From NCBI GenBank assembly GCA_964531375.1, contig CAZHDO010000001.1:2282-66281 (forward strand): 64,000 nt of DNA, read 5' to 3'. The position numbers and the translations under genes are program-made. Below the pieces are notes generated by a model. The model was not told where the DNA came from. It ran no database searches and was given only the letters and a program-made list of their open reading frames with translations. Below are positions 1-9,092 of the stretch, in pieces. How positions within the stretch are numbered: position 1 is the stretch's first letter; every line of letters starts with the position of its first letter. Source of the DNA: an uncultured Candidatus Saccharibacteria bacterium (GTDB lineage: Bacteria > Patescibacteriota > Minisyncoccia > Phycocordibacterales > UBA12445).

Positions 1-1596
1 AGAAGAGTGAACGTCTGCGACTTTATAGTGAATTATTTTTGCTCCTTGTCTTGAGAGGTTGTCTTTTAGTTTTTGAACACTCTTTTCGTTTCCTGGAATG
101 ATTGAAGAAGACAAAAGCACAACATCGGTTTTGTTTATTTTTACATATTTATCTTTCTTTGTTGCCATTCTCATCAATGCGGCCATTTCATCTCCTTGGG
201 CTCCCGTTGCTAATATTACAATTTTATCTGGTGGATAATTATCGATATCTTCAGGTGGGATAATCGTCGTCGGCTTTATATCAAGCATTTTTATTTCAGT
301 CGCAATAGCAACATTTCCTTTCATGCTTTTACCTCTCAAGACAACCTTTTTCCCCAGTTCCTCTGATGTCTTAATGATGTAAATAATACGCTCAAGAAGA
401 GACGCGAACGTACCGATTATAAGCCTTCCTTTTGCCCCAGCGATTACGAGTTTTAGATTTTCATGAACCATTCTTTCTGAAAATGACCAGCCTGGCTTTT
501 CAACGTTTGTTGAATCCGCCAAAAGCACAAGATTATTTTCTGCACCAAGTTTGGAGTATGTATCAACTTCATGTTGAAGTGGTATATTATTGTCGTGATC
601 TATTTTTACATCTCCCGTAAACACAATATTTCCATATGGTGTTTCGATTATTACCCCCATAGATTCCGGGATTGTGTGTGTTACATTGAAAAATCTAACA
701 GTTAGAAATTCTCCAACTTTTATTCTGTTTTCCTTTTCAACAATTTTTAGGTCGAGTGCGGGAAGGTGAGAAAATTCTTCTTGCCTTTTCTTTATCATAA
801 GAGAGGGGAGGAATCGAGTATAAATTGGTGGATTTCCTAATCTCTCCATCATGTACGGTATTGCTCCTATGTGATCAAGATGTCCGTGTGTAATAAACAC
901 TCCTTTTATATTTTTTTTCTTTTTTTGAAGATATGTCGTGTCTGGAATAATGTAATCTACACCCGGAGTTTCTTCTCCTGGGAATTGAAGTCCCATGTCT
1001 ATGATTACAATATCTCCTTTATATTCTACGACTGTCATATTTTTACCAACCTCTTCAACACCACCAAGCGGAATAATTCTAATTATATCGTCATATGCCG
1101 TTGCGTTAAAAGATGAAGTTGCCTGCTCTTTTGGTTCTGTGGTTGTCTTGGTCGCAGTCGTTCTGTGTTTAAATAGGTTTGTGTGTGTTTGTGTTGTGTT
1201 CTTTGCTCTAATTGGCGTCCTGCTTAGGTAAGATGCTGTTTGTGCGCTATTTTTAAATTGTGCACCTGTCGCTGTGTTGGAGTTTTTACCATAATACGGT
1301 CTTTTCTGTTGTGGTGTTGTAGCGGTCTTTGCGAGAGAATTTGTCGTTTGGTTATTTGCAAGTGGTGCCAGACTGCTTGCCTTAGGTACAATAGCCCCAA
1401 GTACTATTGGTTTTTCCGGTTGTAGTGGGTTTTTGTTTGCTGTATGTGTATTTTTTGCGCTAGAAAAAGACCTTCTTGGTCCAGCGTGATATGGTTTACT
1501 ACCCTCATAAGGACGAGCCTTTCTTACTGGCTGTGTTGTTGGTGGTGTATTTGTAATTGGGGTCACACCTTCCTCCTTCTTTTCATTTGTCTCCAT
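1..1596 (-). CDS. rnj: Ribonuclease J (metallo-beta-lactamase/beta-CASP RNase), 5' portion; the gene's 3' end runs off the window start. It carries an unusual low-complexity N-terminal extension of about 160 aa rich in T/N/A/P/K.
   Basis: Minus-strand translation from the ATG at 1596 (METNEKKEEGVTP...) continues as an open frame to position 1. It contains IIPLGGVEEVGKNMTVVEY...DMGLQFPGEETPGVDYIIPD...VFITHGHLDHIGAIPYMMERLGNPPIY, with the HxHxDH zinc motif typical of RNase J. The plus-strand ORFs 432-1425 in the track show no recognisable domains. Confidence 0.8.
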   Translation of the reverse strand, partial: METNEKKEEGVTPITNTPPTTQPVRKARPYEGSKPYHAGPRRSFSSAKNTHTANKNPLQPEKPIVLGAIVPKASSLAPLANNQTTNSLAKTATTPQQKRPYYGKNSNTATGAQFKNSAQTASYLSRTPIRAKNTTQTHTNLFKHRTTATKTTTEPKEQATSSFNATAYDDIIRIIPLGGVEEVGKNMTVVEYKGDIVIIDMGLQFPGEETPGVDYIIPDTTYLQKKKKNIKGVFITHGHLDHIGAIPYMMERLGNPPIYTRFLPSLMIKKRQEEFSHLPALDLKIVEKENRIKVGEFLTVRFFNVTHTIPESMGVIIETPYGNIVFTGDVKIDHDNNIPLQHEVDTYSKLGAENNLVLLADSTNVEKPGWSFSERMVHENLKLVIAGAKGRLIIGTFASLLERIIYIIKTSEELGKKVVLRGKSMKGNVAIATEIKMLDIKPTTIIPPEDIDNYPPDKIVILATGAQGDEMAALMRMATKKDKYVKINKTDVVLLSSSIIPGNEKSVQKLKDNLSRQGAKIIHYKVADVHSS

Positions 1597-1770
1597 TAAA
1601 TCTATCTTTATTATTCTTTTCTATTAATTTATCTTTTTAAAATTGTTTTTGTTATATTTAAAAAAGATGAAGATAATTTTTCTTATTTTTTCGACAAAAT
1701 AAGATCTTTTATTTTTTTTATTAGTTAAATGTGGGTAATGCTGTATTTTTAAAATCTATTGACTGAATTA

Positions 1771-3591
1771 TTATTCGAATATTTTCCAAACTTTTTCTGT
1801 TTTCATATACCAATCATAAACATTTAGAAATCTGTCTGATGCGGTAATTGGTGGTAGGATTTTAACACCTTTTATTTCTTGTGGAACTATGTATAGAAAA
1901 TGAGGGGAGTACACGAATGAAGCAGGAATGTCTTTTCCTATCTCACTTTGAAATTCTTGCAAAAGCTTTATTTTCTTTGCGCTGTCCCTCTCTGCTTTTA
2001 ATGATTCAAGTATTTTATCAACTTTTGCATTGGCGTACATTGCAATGTTTACTCCAGGATTTTTTCTTTGTGAAGAATGCCAGAAAGAGAATAAATCTAA
2101 GTCTCGCCCAACAATTTCTCCGAAGAAAAGAGCGTCATATTTTCTTGGTTCGATTACGTTTCTATCCAAGTCTCCTTTTTCGAATATTTGAAGATTTACC
2201 TTAACACCAATCTTTTCCCAATCAGATTTTATAATCTCAGCTGCCGCTTTTAGTTCTGTAAAGTCTATTGTGGTAAGACCAACCTCCAGTGTCATTTTTT
2301 CTTTGGAAGAGATTTTTTTCTCAAGAAGTTGCGTTTTTTCATTAAGCTTCCAGCCGTCTTTTGCGAGAATTTGTTTTGCTTCCTCGGTGTTTTCCGTGGA
2401 AGTACTATTAGCTTCATTTGTATTTATTTTTCTTAGATCTATTGCGCCTGGTGGAATTGGGCCTGTGGTTTCTGTTCCGTATCCAAGTAAAATTTTATCG
2501 ATAATGTTCTGTCTATTGATTGCTGTATCGAGCGCTAATCTTACATTTTTGTTTGCTAAAACTTTTGATTGGTTTTGATTGTAAAATACTGCGAGAATTC
2601 TCGGTAAGTTTGATTCAACCATTTGATTTGAATTACTTTGAATCTCTTCTATGATTTTGGGGGAAACAGCATTCATGCTGTTTATTTCTCCATTTTTGTA
2701 AGCAGTATAGAGATTTTCTTGGTTGGAATAAAATTTTAAGGTTATTTTACTGATTTTCGGCTCACCTAAAACGTAATCCTTAAAAGGAACTAATTCTATA
2801 TAGTTTGGATTACCGCTAGAGATATCTTTTGATATTTTTTTAAATTTATATGGACCTGTTCCAATAGGTTTTGAAATATTTAGGTCGTTGTGTACGAATT
2901 TGTCTGAGTCTACATTTTTCCATTTGTGTTTTGGTAAAATTCCCATGGTTGCATTTTCAAGGAAAGACTGAAATGGTTGTTTTAGTGTAAATTTAATTTC
3001 TTTATCTGAAATTTTTGTGACAGTTACACCTTCCCAAATGGCTCTTTTTGGGCTTCTAAGTACAGGGTCTCTTGCTTTTTGAATTGTAAATTCAATATCG
3101 TCGGAGGTTACTGGTTCACCATCTTGCCATATTGCATCTTTTTTGATTGTAAAAGTGTATTCGAGTCCGTCGGTAGATATTTCATATTTTTCTGACAGAT
3201 CATTTATGTAATTTCCATTTTCAGTTGGTCTTAATAATCCTGAATATACCAACGCAGATAGATCTCTGTCGGCTTCTCCTGTTGCAAGCAGGGGGTTGAT
3301 AAACCTTGGTATGTCAGAAATACCCTCGATAAGTTCACCACCCTTTACTGGCTTTATAACCATAAAGCTTTCATTAATATCCCATAGGACATAGGAGGTT
3401 GTTCCTATGAACAAAAAAAGGAAAACCCAGAAGAAAAACCTTTCTAGTTTAGAAAAAGTCTTTGTTGCTGTTTTTAATTCTCCTTTTGTTGGTAAATCTT
3501 GAAGCATAAAACTTAGCCGGCTGTTTTTTAAAAAGTTGGGAGTCGGTATGTTAATTTCTTTTTTTAAAAGAGAAATAATTTTTTCTTTCAC
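1771..3591 (-). CDS. ABC transporter substrate-binding protein, family 5 (oligopeptide/dipeptide/nickel type), with an N-terminal membrane anchor
   Basis: 606 aa with a hydrophobic N-terminal segment (FFFWVFLFLFIGTTSYVLW). Its length and overall pattern fit the family-5 periplasmic SBP fold. No adjacent permease or ATPase genes are present. Confidence 0.6.
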   Translation of the reverse strand: MKEKIISLLKKEINIPTPNFLKNSRLSFMLQDLPTKGELKTATKTFSKLERFFFWVFLFLFIGTTSYVLWDINESFMVIKPVKGGELIEGISDIPRFINPLLATGEADRDLSALVYSGLLRPTENGNYINDLSEKYEISTDGLEYTFTIKKDAIWQDGEPVTSDDIEFTIQKARDPVLRSPKRAIWEGVTVTKISDKEIKFTLKQPFQSFLENATMGILPKHKWKNVDSDKFVHNDLNISKPIGTGPYKFKKISKDISSGNPNYIELVPFKDYVLGEPKISKITLKFYSNQENLYTAYKNGEINSMNAVSPKIIEEIQSNSNQMVESNLPRILAVFYNQNQSKVLANKNVRLALDTAINRQNIIDKILLGYGTETTGPIPPGAIDLRKINTNEANSTSTENTEEAKQILAKDGWKLNEKTQLLEKKISSKEKMTLEVGLTTIDFTELKAAAEIIKSDWEKIGVKVNLQIFEKGDLDRNVIEPRKYDALFFGEIVGRDLDLFSFWHSSQRKNPGVNIAMYANAKVDKILESLKAERDSAKKIKLLQEFQSEIGKDIPASFVYSPHFLYIVPQEIKGVKILPPITASDRFLNVYDWYMKTEKVWKIFE

Positions 3592-3665
3592 AGTTCTTTT
3601 CAGTGGTTAAACGATTTTCCACTTATTTGAATTATATTTTAGATAATATCCAAAATCAGAGTCAA

Positions 3666-3938
3666 TTAGAAGGTGGAAGTCGAGACTGCAAGAAGGGCTG
3701 AAATCGCAAATAATACAGCGATTACAATGGAAGCCATAAAAATGACCTTTTCTACTCCTCTTTTTGTTCTTATTTGACCCCCGCTCATATTTCCAGACAT
3801 GCCGGATTCGTTTTGTTGAAGAAGAATAACCCCAATCAATAGGGCTGATAATCCGATTTGTATCCAGGGAAGTATTGGTGTGATTTTTTCCATTTCCGAC
3901 AATATAGCATAAGTAAGAGCAAAAGACAATACTTGCAC
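3666..3938 (-). CDS. secG: Preprotein translocase subunit SecG
   Basis: 90 aa with two TM helices separated by a loop containing LLQQNESGMSGNMSGG, the SecG-like Gly-rich motif. Confidence 0.7.
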   Translation of the reverse strand: MQVLSFALTYAILSEMEKITPILPWIQIGLSALLIGVILLQQNESGMSGNMSGGQIRTKRGVEKVIFMASIVIAVLFAISALLAVSTSTF

Positions 3939-3997
3939 ACCGTTTATCCTTGTTTTGGGCCGAATATCAATAGTTTTGTGTTGTTGTGTTTAAAATA

Positions 3998-4025
3998 TTG
4001 ACTACCAGATTTGGGTGGTTATAAT
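3998..4025 (+). promoter_or_regulatory. Sigma70-like promoter upstream of groES (-35 TTGACT, 16-nt spacer, -10 TATAAT)
   Basis: TTGACT lies at 3998-4003 and TATAAT at 4020-4025, about 18 nt before the groES ATG region. No CIRCE (HrcA) inverted repeat is seen. Confidence 0.5.
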
Positions 4026-4042
4026 GGTGCCATTATCAATCA

Positions 4043-4393
4043 ATGGGCAATATGCCCTTAAGCTCAACAATAAAAAAAATGAGTAAAAAAATTACATTAA
4101 AACCACTTCAAGATAGGGTATTAGTTGAGGCGTTAAGTGAGCATGAAAGAGGAAAAGAGACTAAGAGTGGGATTTTTATACCAGAGACAGCTGAAAAGGA
4201 GAGAGCTGAAAGAGGAACTGTTATTGCTGTCGGTCCTGGTAAAATGAACGACGAAGGAAAAATTATACCTATGTCTGTCACTGTGGGTGACAAAGTTATT
4301 TTTTCAAAATATGGTCCTGATGAAATAAAAGTTGACGGAAAAGAGTATTTTATTTTAAGCGAGACAAATATTCTCGCGATCGTTACTGAATAA
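4043..4393 (+). CDS. groES: Co-chaperonin GroES (10 kDa chaperonin); an alternative start at 4079 (MSKKITLKPL) is plausible
   Basis: LKPLQDRVLVEALSEHERGKETKSGIFIPETAEKERAERGTVIAVGPG...GDKVIFSKYG matches the GroES consensus. The gene sits immediately upstream of groEL. Confidence 0.93.
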   Translation: MGNMPLSSTIKKMSKKITLKPLQDRVLVEALSEHERGKETKSGIFIPETAEKERAERGTVIAVGPGKMNDEGKIIPMSVTVGDKVIFSKYGPDEIKVDGKEYFILSETNILAIVTE

Positions 4394-4509
4394 TTTGCTG
4401 TATGAACCTTTTGTCGTTTCGAGAGTAAAGCCCAGCATCAAGAAAACAATCTCGAGTGAATCAGATTGAAATCCGTAATTATTAATTCGTAATTCTTAAT
4501 TAAATATCT

Positions 4510-6165
4510 ATGGCAAAACAAATAGTATATAACAACGATGCACGTCAAGCCTTAAAAAGAGGCGTTGACAAGGTTGCAAATGCTGTAAAGATAACAATAG
4601 GTCCAAAAGGCAAGAACGCTGTTATTGATAAGGGCTACGGCGCGCCGATAATCACAAACGACGGGGTTTCTATTGCAAAAGAAATTACTCTTTCAGATAA
4701 GATTGAGAATATGGGTGCTGAAATTGTGAAAGATGTCGCAGGGAAGGCAAATGATGTCGCTGGGGACGGCACAACAACTGCTGTTATTCTAACCCAGGCT
4801 ATTGTTGACGAGGGTTTTAAGAGGATTTCGCTCGGAGTAAATGCTATGGGGGTTCGAACTGGTATCGAGCATGCCACCAGAGCTGTTGTCGCCGAGCTTT
4901 TGAAAATGGCTAAGCCAATAAAGAACAGAAATGAGATAGTACAGGTTGCAACAATTTCCTCTGAATCAAAAGAATTTGGCGAAATAATTGCTGATGCTAT
5001 TGATAAGGTTGGAAAGGATGGTGTTGTGACAGTAGAGGAGTCTCAGTCTTTTGGAGTTGAATCTGAAGTTGTCGAGGGGATGCAGTTTGAGAAGGGTTAT
5101 TCTTCTCCATATATGGTTACAAATACAGAAAGAATGGAGGCTGAATACGAAGAAGCGCTTATTTTAATTACAGACAAGAAAATTTCTTCTATCAAAGAAA
5201 TTCTGCCTTTACTTGAAAAAATCGCCGCTACTGGAAAAAAGGAATTGGTAATAATTTCTGAGGATTTGGATGGCGATGCTCTTACCACTCTTGTTGTAAA
5301 TAAAATAAGAGGTTCATTTAGCGCTCTTGCTGTGAAGGCTCCTGGTTTTGGTGACAGAAGAAAAGAGATGCTTGAAGATATTGCAATAATGACAGGAGGA
5401 AAAGTTATTTCTGAAGAGGTTGGCTTGAAATTAGACGTGGCTACGATGGATTTGTTAGGTAAGGCTCGAAAAGTTGTTTCTACTAAAGAAATGACAACGA
5501 TTATCGGAGGGAAAGGGAAGAAGGCTAATATAGACGCAAGAATTGGGCAGATTAAGACTCAGATTGAGAATACTGAATCAACTTATGACAAAGAAAAACT
5601 CCAAGAAAGACTTGGTAAGCTTTCCGGTGGAGTTGCCGTAATTAAGGTTGGTGCTGCTACGGAAGCCGATATGAAGTATAAGAAATTAAAGATTGAAGAT
5701 GCTGTTGAGGCCACCAAAGCCGCTATTGAAGAGGGCATTGTTGCTGGTGGAGGGACCGCTCTGGTCAGAGCAATGGTAAAAGTTTCTGCAAATGGTGTGC
5801 AGAGTCCTTCGGAAGATATCAAAATTGAATTCGATGCTGGTGTTGCCGTGTTGCTTCATTCACTACAAGCTCCACTTAGACAGATTGCTATAAATGCCGG
5901 AAAGGATGATGGCCTTGTTATTGTAGATAAAATTAAGAATGGTAAAGACAATGAAGGATATGACGCCAATAAAGATAAAATTGTAAAAGATATGGTAACC
6001 GCAGGAATTATTGACCCTGTTAAAGTTACGAGAACAGCACTTGAACACTCAGCCTCCGCTGCCGCAATACTTCTTACAACAGAAGTCGCTATTGCCGAAG
6101 AACCTGTCAAAAAAGAAGAGCCAAGAGGCGGTGGCCATAGCCACGACGAAGAAATGGGTTACTAA
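4510..6165 (+). CDS. groEL: Chaperonin GroEL (60 kDa chaperonin)
   Basis: 551 aa containing AVKITIGPKGKNAVIDK, DGTTTAVIL and AVIKVGAATEADMKYKKLKIEDAVEATKAAIEEGIVAGGG, with a C-terminal GGGHSHDEEMGY tail. These are canonical GroEL motifs. Confidence 0.97.
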   Translation: MAKQIVYNNDARQALKRGVDKVANAVKITIGPKGKNAVIDKGYGAPIITNDGVSIAKEITLSDKIENMGAEIVKDVAGKANDVAGDGTTTAVILTQAIVDEGFKRISLGVNAMGVRTGIEHATRAVVAELLKMAKPIKNRNEIVQVATISSESKEFGEIIADAIDKVGKDGVVTVEESQSFGVESEVVEGMQFEKGYSSPYMVTNTERMEAEYEEALILITDKKISSIKEILPLLEKIAATGKKELVIISEDLDGDALTTLVVNKIRGSFSALAVKAPGFGDRRKEMLEDIAIMTGGKVISEEVGLKLDVATMDLLGKARKVVSTKEMTTIIGGKGKKANIDARIGQIKTQIENTESTYDKEKLQERLGKLSGGVAVIKVGAATEADMKYKKLKIEDAVEATKAAIEEGIVAGGGTALVRAMVKVSANGVQSPSEDIKIEFDAGVAVLLHSLQAPLRQIAINAGKDDGLVIVDKIKNGKDNEGYDANKDKIVKDMVTAGIIDPVKVTRTALEHSASAAAILLTTEVAIAEEPVKKEEPRGGGHSHDEEMGY

Positions 6166-6214
6166 ACCTGTTTGCAGTTTAAGTTTCTGGGTTAAAAATT
6201 AATTAACCATTCGC

Positions 6215-6253
6215 GAAACGTCGTTTCCTTTTTGGAAACGACGTTTCTTATTT
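6215..6253 (+). terminator. Rho-independent terminator after groEL (perfect 14-bp stem, 5-nt loop, T-tract)
   Basis: gaaacgtcgtttcc-ttttt-ggaaacgacgtttc is followed by ttattt. Confidence 0.7.
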
Positions 6254-6315
6254 ACCACTTATTCTGCCGTTTGGCGAACTTTTTATTTTAAGTATATTTT
6301 GCTATATTTATTCCT

Positions 6316-6918
6316 GTGAAAACATACGCATTTATAGACGTACAAAATACTTCCATTACAACTGAAAAATTATTAGGATTTAAGGTGGACTTGGTAAGGT
6401 TTTATGATTTTTTAAGGAAAGATTGGGGATGTGATGAAGTTTATTTGTATACGGGTTTCGATAAAAATGACATAGAATTAATTGAGGATTTAAAAACCCT
6501 GAAAGATAATGGATGTTTTGTTAGAGCAAAAGAATTTTGTTTATATAAAAATAAAGATAAAAGAATAAATATTATTTGTCCAAAATGTCAAAATAAATTT
6601 AGTAATGATGTCGATATGGGTTATAATAAAAAAGCAAATTGCGATGTAGATCTGACGGCAGATGCGATTGGTGTCGTCGAATCAGGAGACGAGGTATTTC
6701 TTTTTTCTGGCGATGGCGATTTTGAATATTTAGTAAGAAAATTTGTAGGAAATAAAACCTCTGTGCATATTGTTTCCAGTGCAAAGAAAATTAGAACAAG
6801 CTCTTCTTATTTTACTTCCAGGTTTTCAACAAAATTGAGGAAATTAATAAATGAATCAGGAAAGCCAGTCAATTTTATTGATATAAATAATATTAAGTTT
6901 AAGATAAATAGGGCCTAA
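6316..6918 (+). CDS. NYN-domain (LabA-like, PIN-related) protein with an embedded CxxC...C Zn-ribbon; GTG start
   Basis: The N-terminus YAFIDVQN...VYLYTG and the later DVDLTADAI...FLFSGDGDFEYLV resemble the NYN/DUF88 fold (acidic nuclease-like residues). CPKCQNKF...NCDVD is an inserted zinc ribbon. A paralog lies at 27697-28203. Confidence 0.55.
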   Translation: MKTYAFIDVQNTSITTEKLLGFKVDLVRFYDFLRKDWGCDEVYLYTGFDKNDIELIEDLKTLKDNGCFVRAKEFCLYKNKDKRINIICPKCQNKFSNDVDMGYNKKANCDVDLTADAIGVVESGDEVFLFSGDGDFEYLVRKFVGNKTSVHIVSSAKKIRTSSSYFTSRFSTKLRKLINESGKPVNFIDINNIKFKINRA

Positions 6919-6990
6919 AAACGAAAAGGCCACGAAGCGTGACCTTTCCTAATGACCTCGTAATAGTAACAATACAAGGAAAATAAGTCA

Positions 6991-8040
6991 ATGAAATTGT
7001 TAATAATAACCCAAAAAGTAGATAAAAACGATGACATATTAGGGTTTTTTCATAATTGGCTTTTGGAATTTTCAAAGAGGTGTGAAAAATTAACTGTAAT
7101 TTGTCTGCAAAAAGGCGAATACGATTTACCGGAAAATGTTAAGGTCTTTTCTCTTGGTAAAGAAGAAGGCGAATTAAGAATTAAGTACGTCTTAAATTTT
7201 TGGAAATATATTTGGCAGGAACGCAAAAATTACGATTCAGTTTTTGTACACATGAATCCTGAATACGTTGTCTTGGGTGGGTTATTTTGGAGGTTAATTG
7301 GTAAGAAAATTTCATTATGGTATACCCACAAAAGCGTTGATTTGAAATTAAAAATAGCAGAAAAATTTTCCAATATTATTTTTACTGTTTCTAAAGAAAG
7401 TTTTCGAATGAAGACAAATAAATTAAAGGTTGTTGGACATGGTATTCCTGTTGAAAAATTTAAAAACCAAGGTAATTTAGTTTACAAAAAAGATGCTGTT
7501 TTAAAAATTATAAGTGTTGGAAGAATTACGCCGATTAAAAATCTAGACACGTTGATAAACGCCTGTGAAATTTTAAAGAAAAATGGTTTAAATTTTGCAG
7601 TTTCTTTGATCGGGCCAGTGGTGGACGAAAAAGACAGAAAGTATTTTGAATATTTAAAACAACTAATCTCAGAGAAAGATTTAGATAAAGAAATAAAATT
7701 TTTAGGAAGTATCCCAAATAATAAGCTTGCTGAATTTTATTGGCAAAACGATTTTAGTATAAATTTATGCCCAACTGGCGGGGTTGATAAAGCTATTCTT
7801 GAATCAATGGCTTCAGGACTTATTACTCTAGCTTCAAATATTGCTTTTGAGGAATATTTTGGAGAATATAAAGAAGATTTAATGTTTAAGGAAAAAGACG
7901 AAAAAGATCTTGCGGCTAAGATAATGAAATTAATTTCCACAGACGATTTAGTGAGAATTAAGAATTTTCTACTGTCTTCTGTTAAAGAAAAAACTGATTT
8001 AGATAAATTACTATTGAGAATAATTAATGAAATTAAATGA
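6991..8040 (+). CDS. Glycosyltransferase family 1 (GT4-type, GT-B fold)
   Basis: The C-terminal half has the GT4 pattern (ISVGRITPIKN...LIGPV...FLGSIPNNKLAEFY...PTGGVDKAILESMASGLITLAS). It is the first gene of the plus-strand glycan operon. Confidence 0.75.
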   Translation: MKLLIITQKVDKNDDILGFFHNWLLEFSKRCEKLTVICLQKGEYDLPENVKVFSLGKEEGELRIKYVLNFWKYIWQERKNYDSVFVHMNPEYVVLGGLFWRLIGKKISLWYTHKSVDLKLKIAEKFSNIIFTVSKESFRMKTNKLKVVGHGIPVEKFKNQGNLVYKKDAVLKIISVGRITPIKNLDTLINACEILKKNGLNFAVSLIGPVVDEKDRKYFEYLKQLISEKDLDKEIKFLGSIPNNKLAEFYWQNDFSINLCPTGGVDKAILESMASGLITLASNIAFEEYFGEYKEDLMFKEKDEKDLAAKIMKLISTDDLVRIKNFLLSSVKEKTDLDKLLLRIINEIK

Positions 8041-9092
8041 GAATTTGTTATTTTGGTATTTATAATCCAGATTATAGTCGAAATAAAATTATTATGTCTG
8101 GTTTAAGGAGTAATGGGGTCGATGTTTTAGAATGCAATACAAGAAAAAAGGGAGTTTTAAAATATTTCGATCTTGTTTTAAAACATTGGAAAATTAGAAA
8201 AAATTACGACGTGATGATTGTTGGTTATCCTGGGTTTCAGTCTGTGATTTTAGCTAGATTTTTAACAACAAAACCGTTAATTTTCGATGCTTTTTTGTCT
8301 ATGTTTGACTCTATGGTGTTGGATAGGAAAAAGGTTGCGTTAAATAGCTTTCGTGCGAAATATTTTTGGTGGTTGGATAAGATATCTATGAGTGTGGCTG
8401 ATCTGGTTTTAATAGACACAAATGAACATAAAAAATATTTATCAAAAGAGTTCGGTTTTAGTGATAAAAAAATAGAAAGGGTCTTTATTGGTGCTGATAC
8501 TGATATTTTTACTCCAAAAGAACCCAGAAAAAGTGATGGTTTTTTTAGAGTTCTATTTTTTGGTACTTATATTCCGTTGCAAGGAATAGAATATATCATT
8601 AAGGCAGCAAAAAAATTAGAGACTCGAAAAGATATAAAATTTGAAATAATCGGTAAGGGACAAGAAAAAGATAAAATACTAAAATTAACCAGCGAAATGG
8701 ATATTTTAAATATTAATTTTGTTGATAGTTTACCACAAAGAGAACTTCAAGATAGGGTTGCTTTTGCAGATGTTTGTCTTGGAATATTCGGAAATACTGA
8801 AAAAACAAAAAGAGTTATACCAAATAAGGTTTATGAGTGTGTCGCTATGAAAAAGGCCGTTATAACAGCTGATACTTTGGCAGAGAGGGAGCTTTTTGAT
8901 GAAGGTGAATTATTTTTTGTAAAAGTTGCAGATGCTGATTCTATTGTAGAAGCAATAATTAAGCTTAAGGAAAATAGTTCACTTTTGAAAAGTATTGCAG
9001 TGAGTGGGTATAATAAATTTACAAAAGAAGCTACTCCTAATAGAATAGGAATATATTTGCTCGAGATTATAAAACAAAAATATGGAAAATAA
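8037..9092 (+). CDS. Glycosyltransferase family 1 (GT4-type)
   Basis: It overlaps the upstream gene by 4 nt. The pattern is GT-B (RVLFFGTYIPLQGIEYII...IIGKGQE...IPNKVYECVAMKKAVITAD). Confidence 0.7.
   Translation: MRICYFGIYNPDYSRNKIIMSGLRSNGVDVLECNTRKKGVLKYFDLVLKHWKIRKNYDVMIVGYPGFQSVILARFLTTKPLIFDAFLSMFDSMVLDRKKVALNSFRAKYFWWLDKISMSVADLVLIDTNEHKKYLSKEFGFSDKKIERVFIGADTDIFTPKEPRKSDGFFRVLFFGTYIPLQGIEYIIKAAKKLETRKDIKFEIIGKGQEKDKILKLTSEMDILNINFVDSLPQRELQDRVAFADVCLGIFGNTEKTKRVIPNKVYECVAMKKAVITADTLAERELFDEGELFFVKVADADSIVEAIIKLKENSSLLKSIAVSGYNKFTKEATPNRIGIYLLEIIKQKYGK

Noticed and set aside
432-1425. Plus-strand ORFs 432-620, 871-1116, 995-1231 and 1240-1425 from the six-frame track
   Set aside because: They lie antisense inside the clearly recognisable minus-strand RNase J reading frame (HGHLDH and beta-lactamase motifs). 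They are low-complexity with no motifs, so they are spurious.
4108-6110. Minus-strand ORFs inside groES and groEL (4108-4293, 4635-4877, 5097-5288, 5583-5822, 5856-6110, 5863-6048)
   Set aside because: These are antisense to canonical GroES and GroEL coding sequence. They are typical shadow ORFs.
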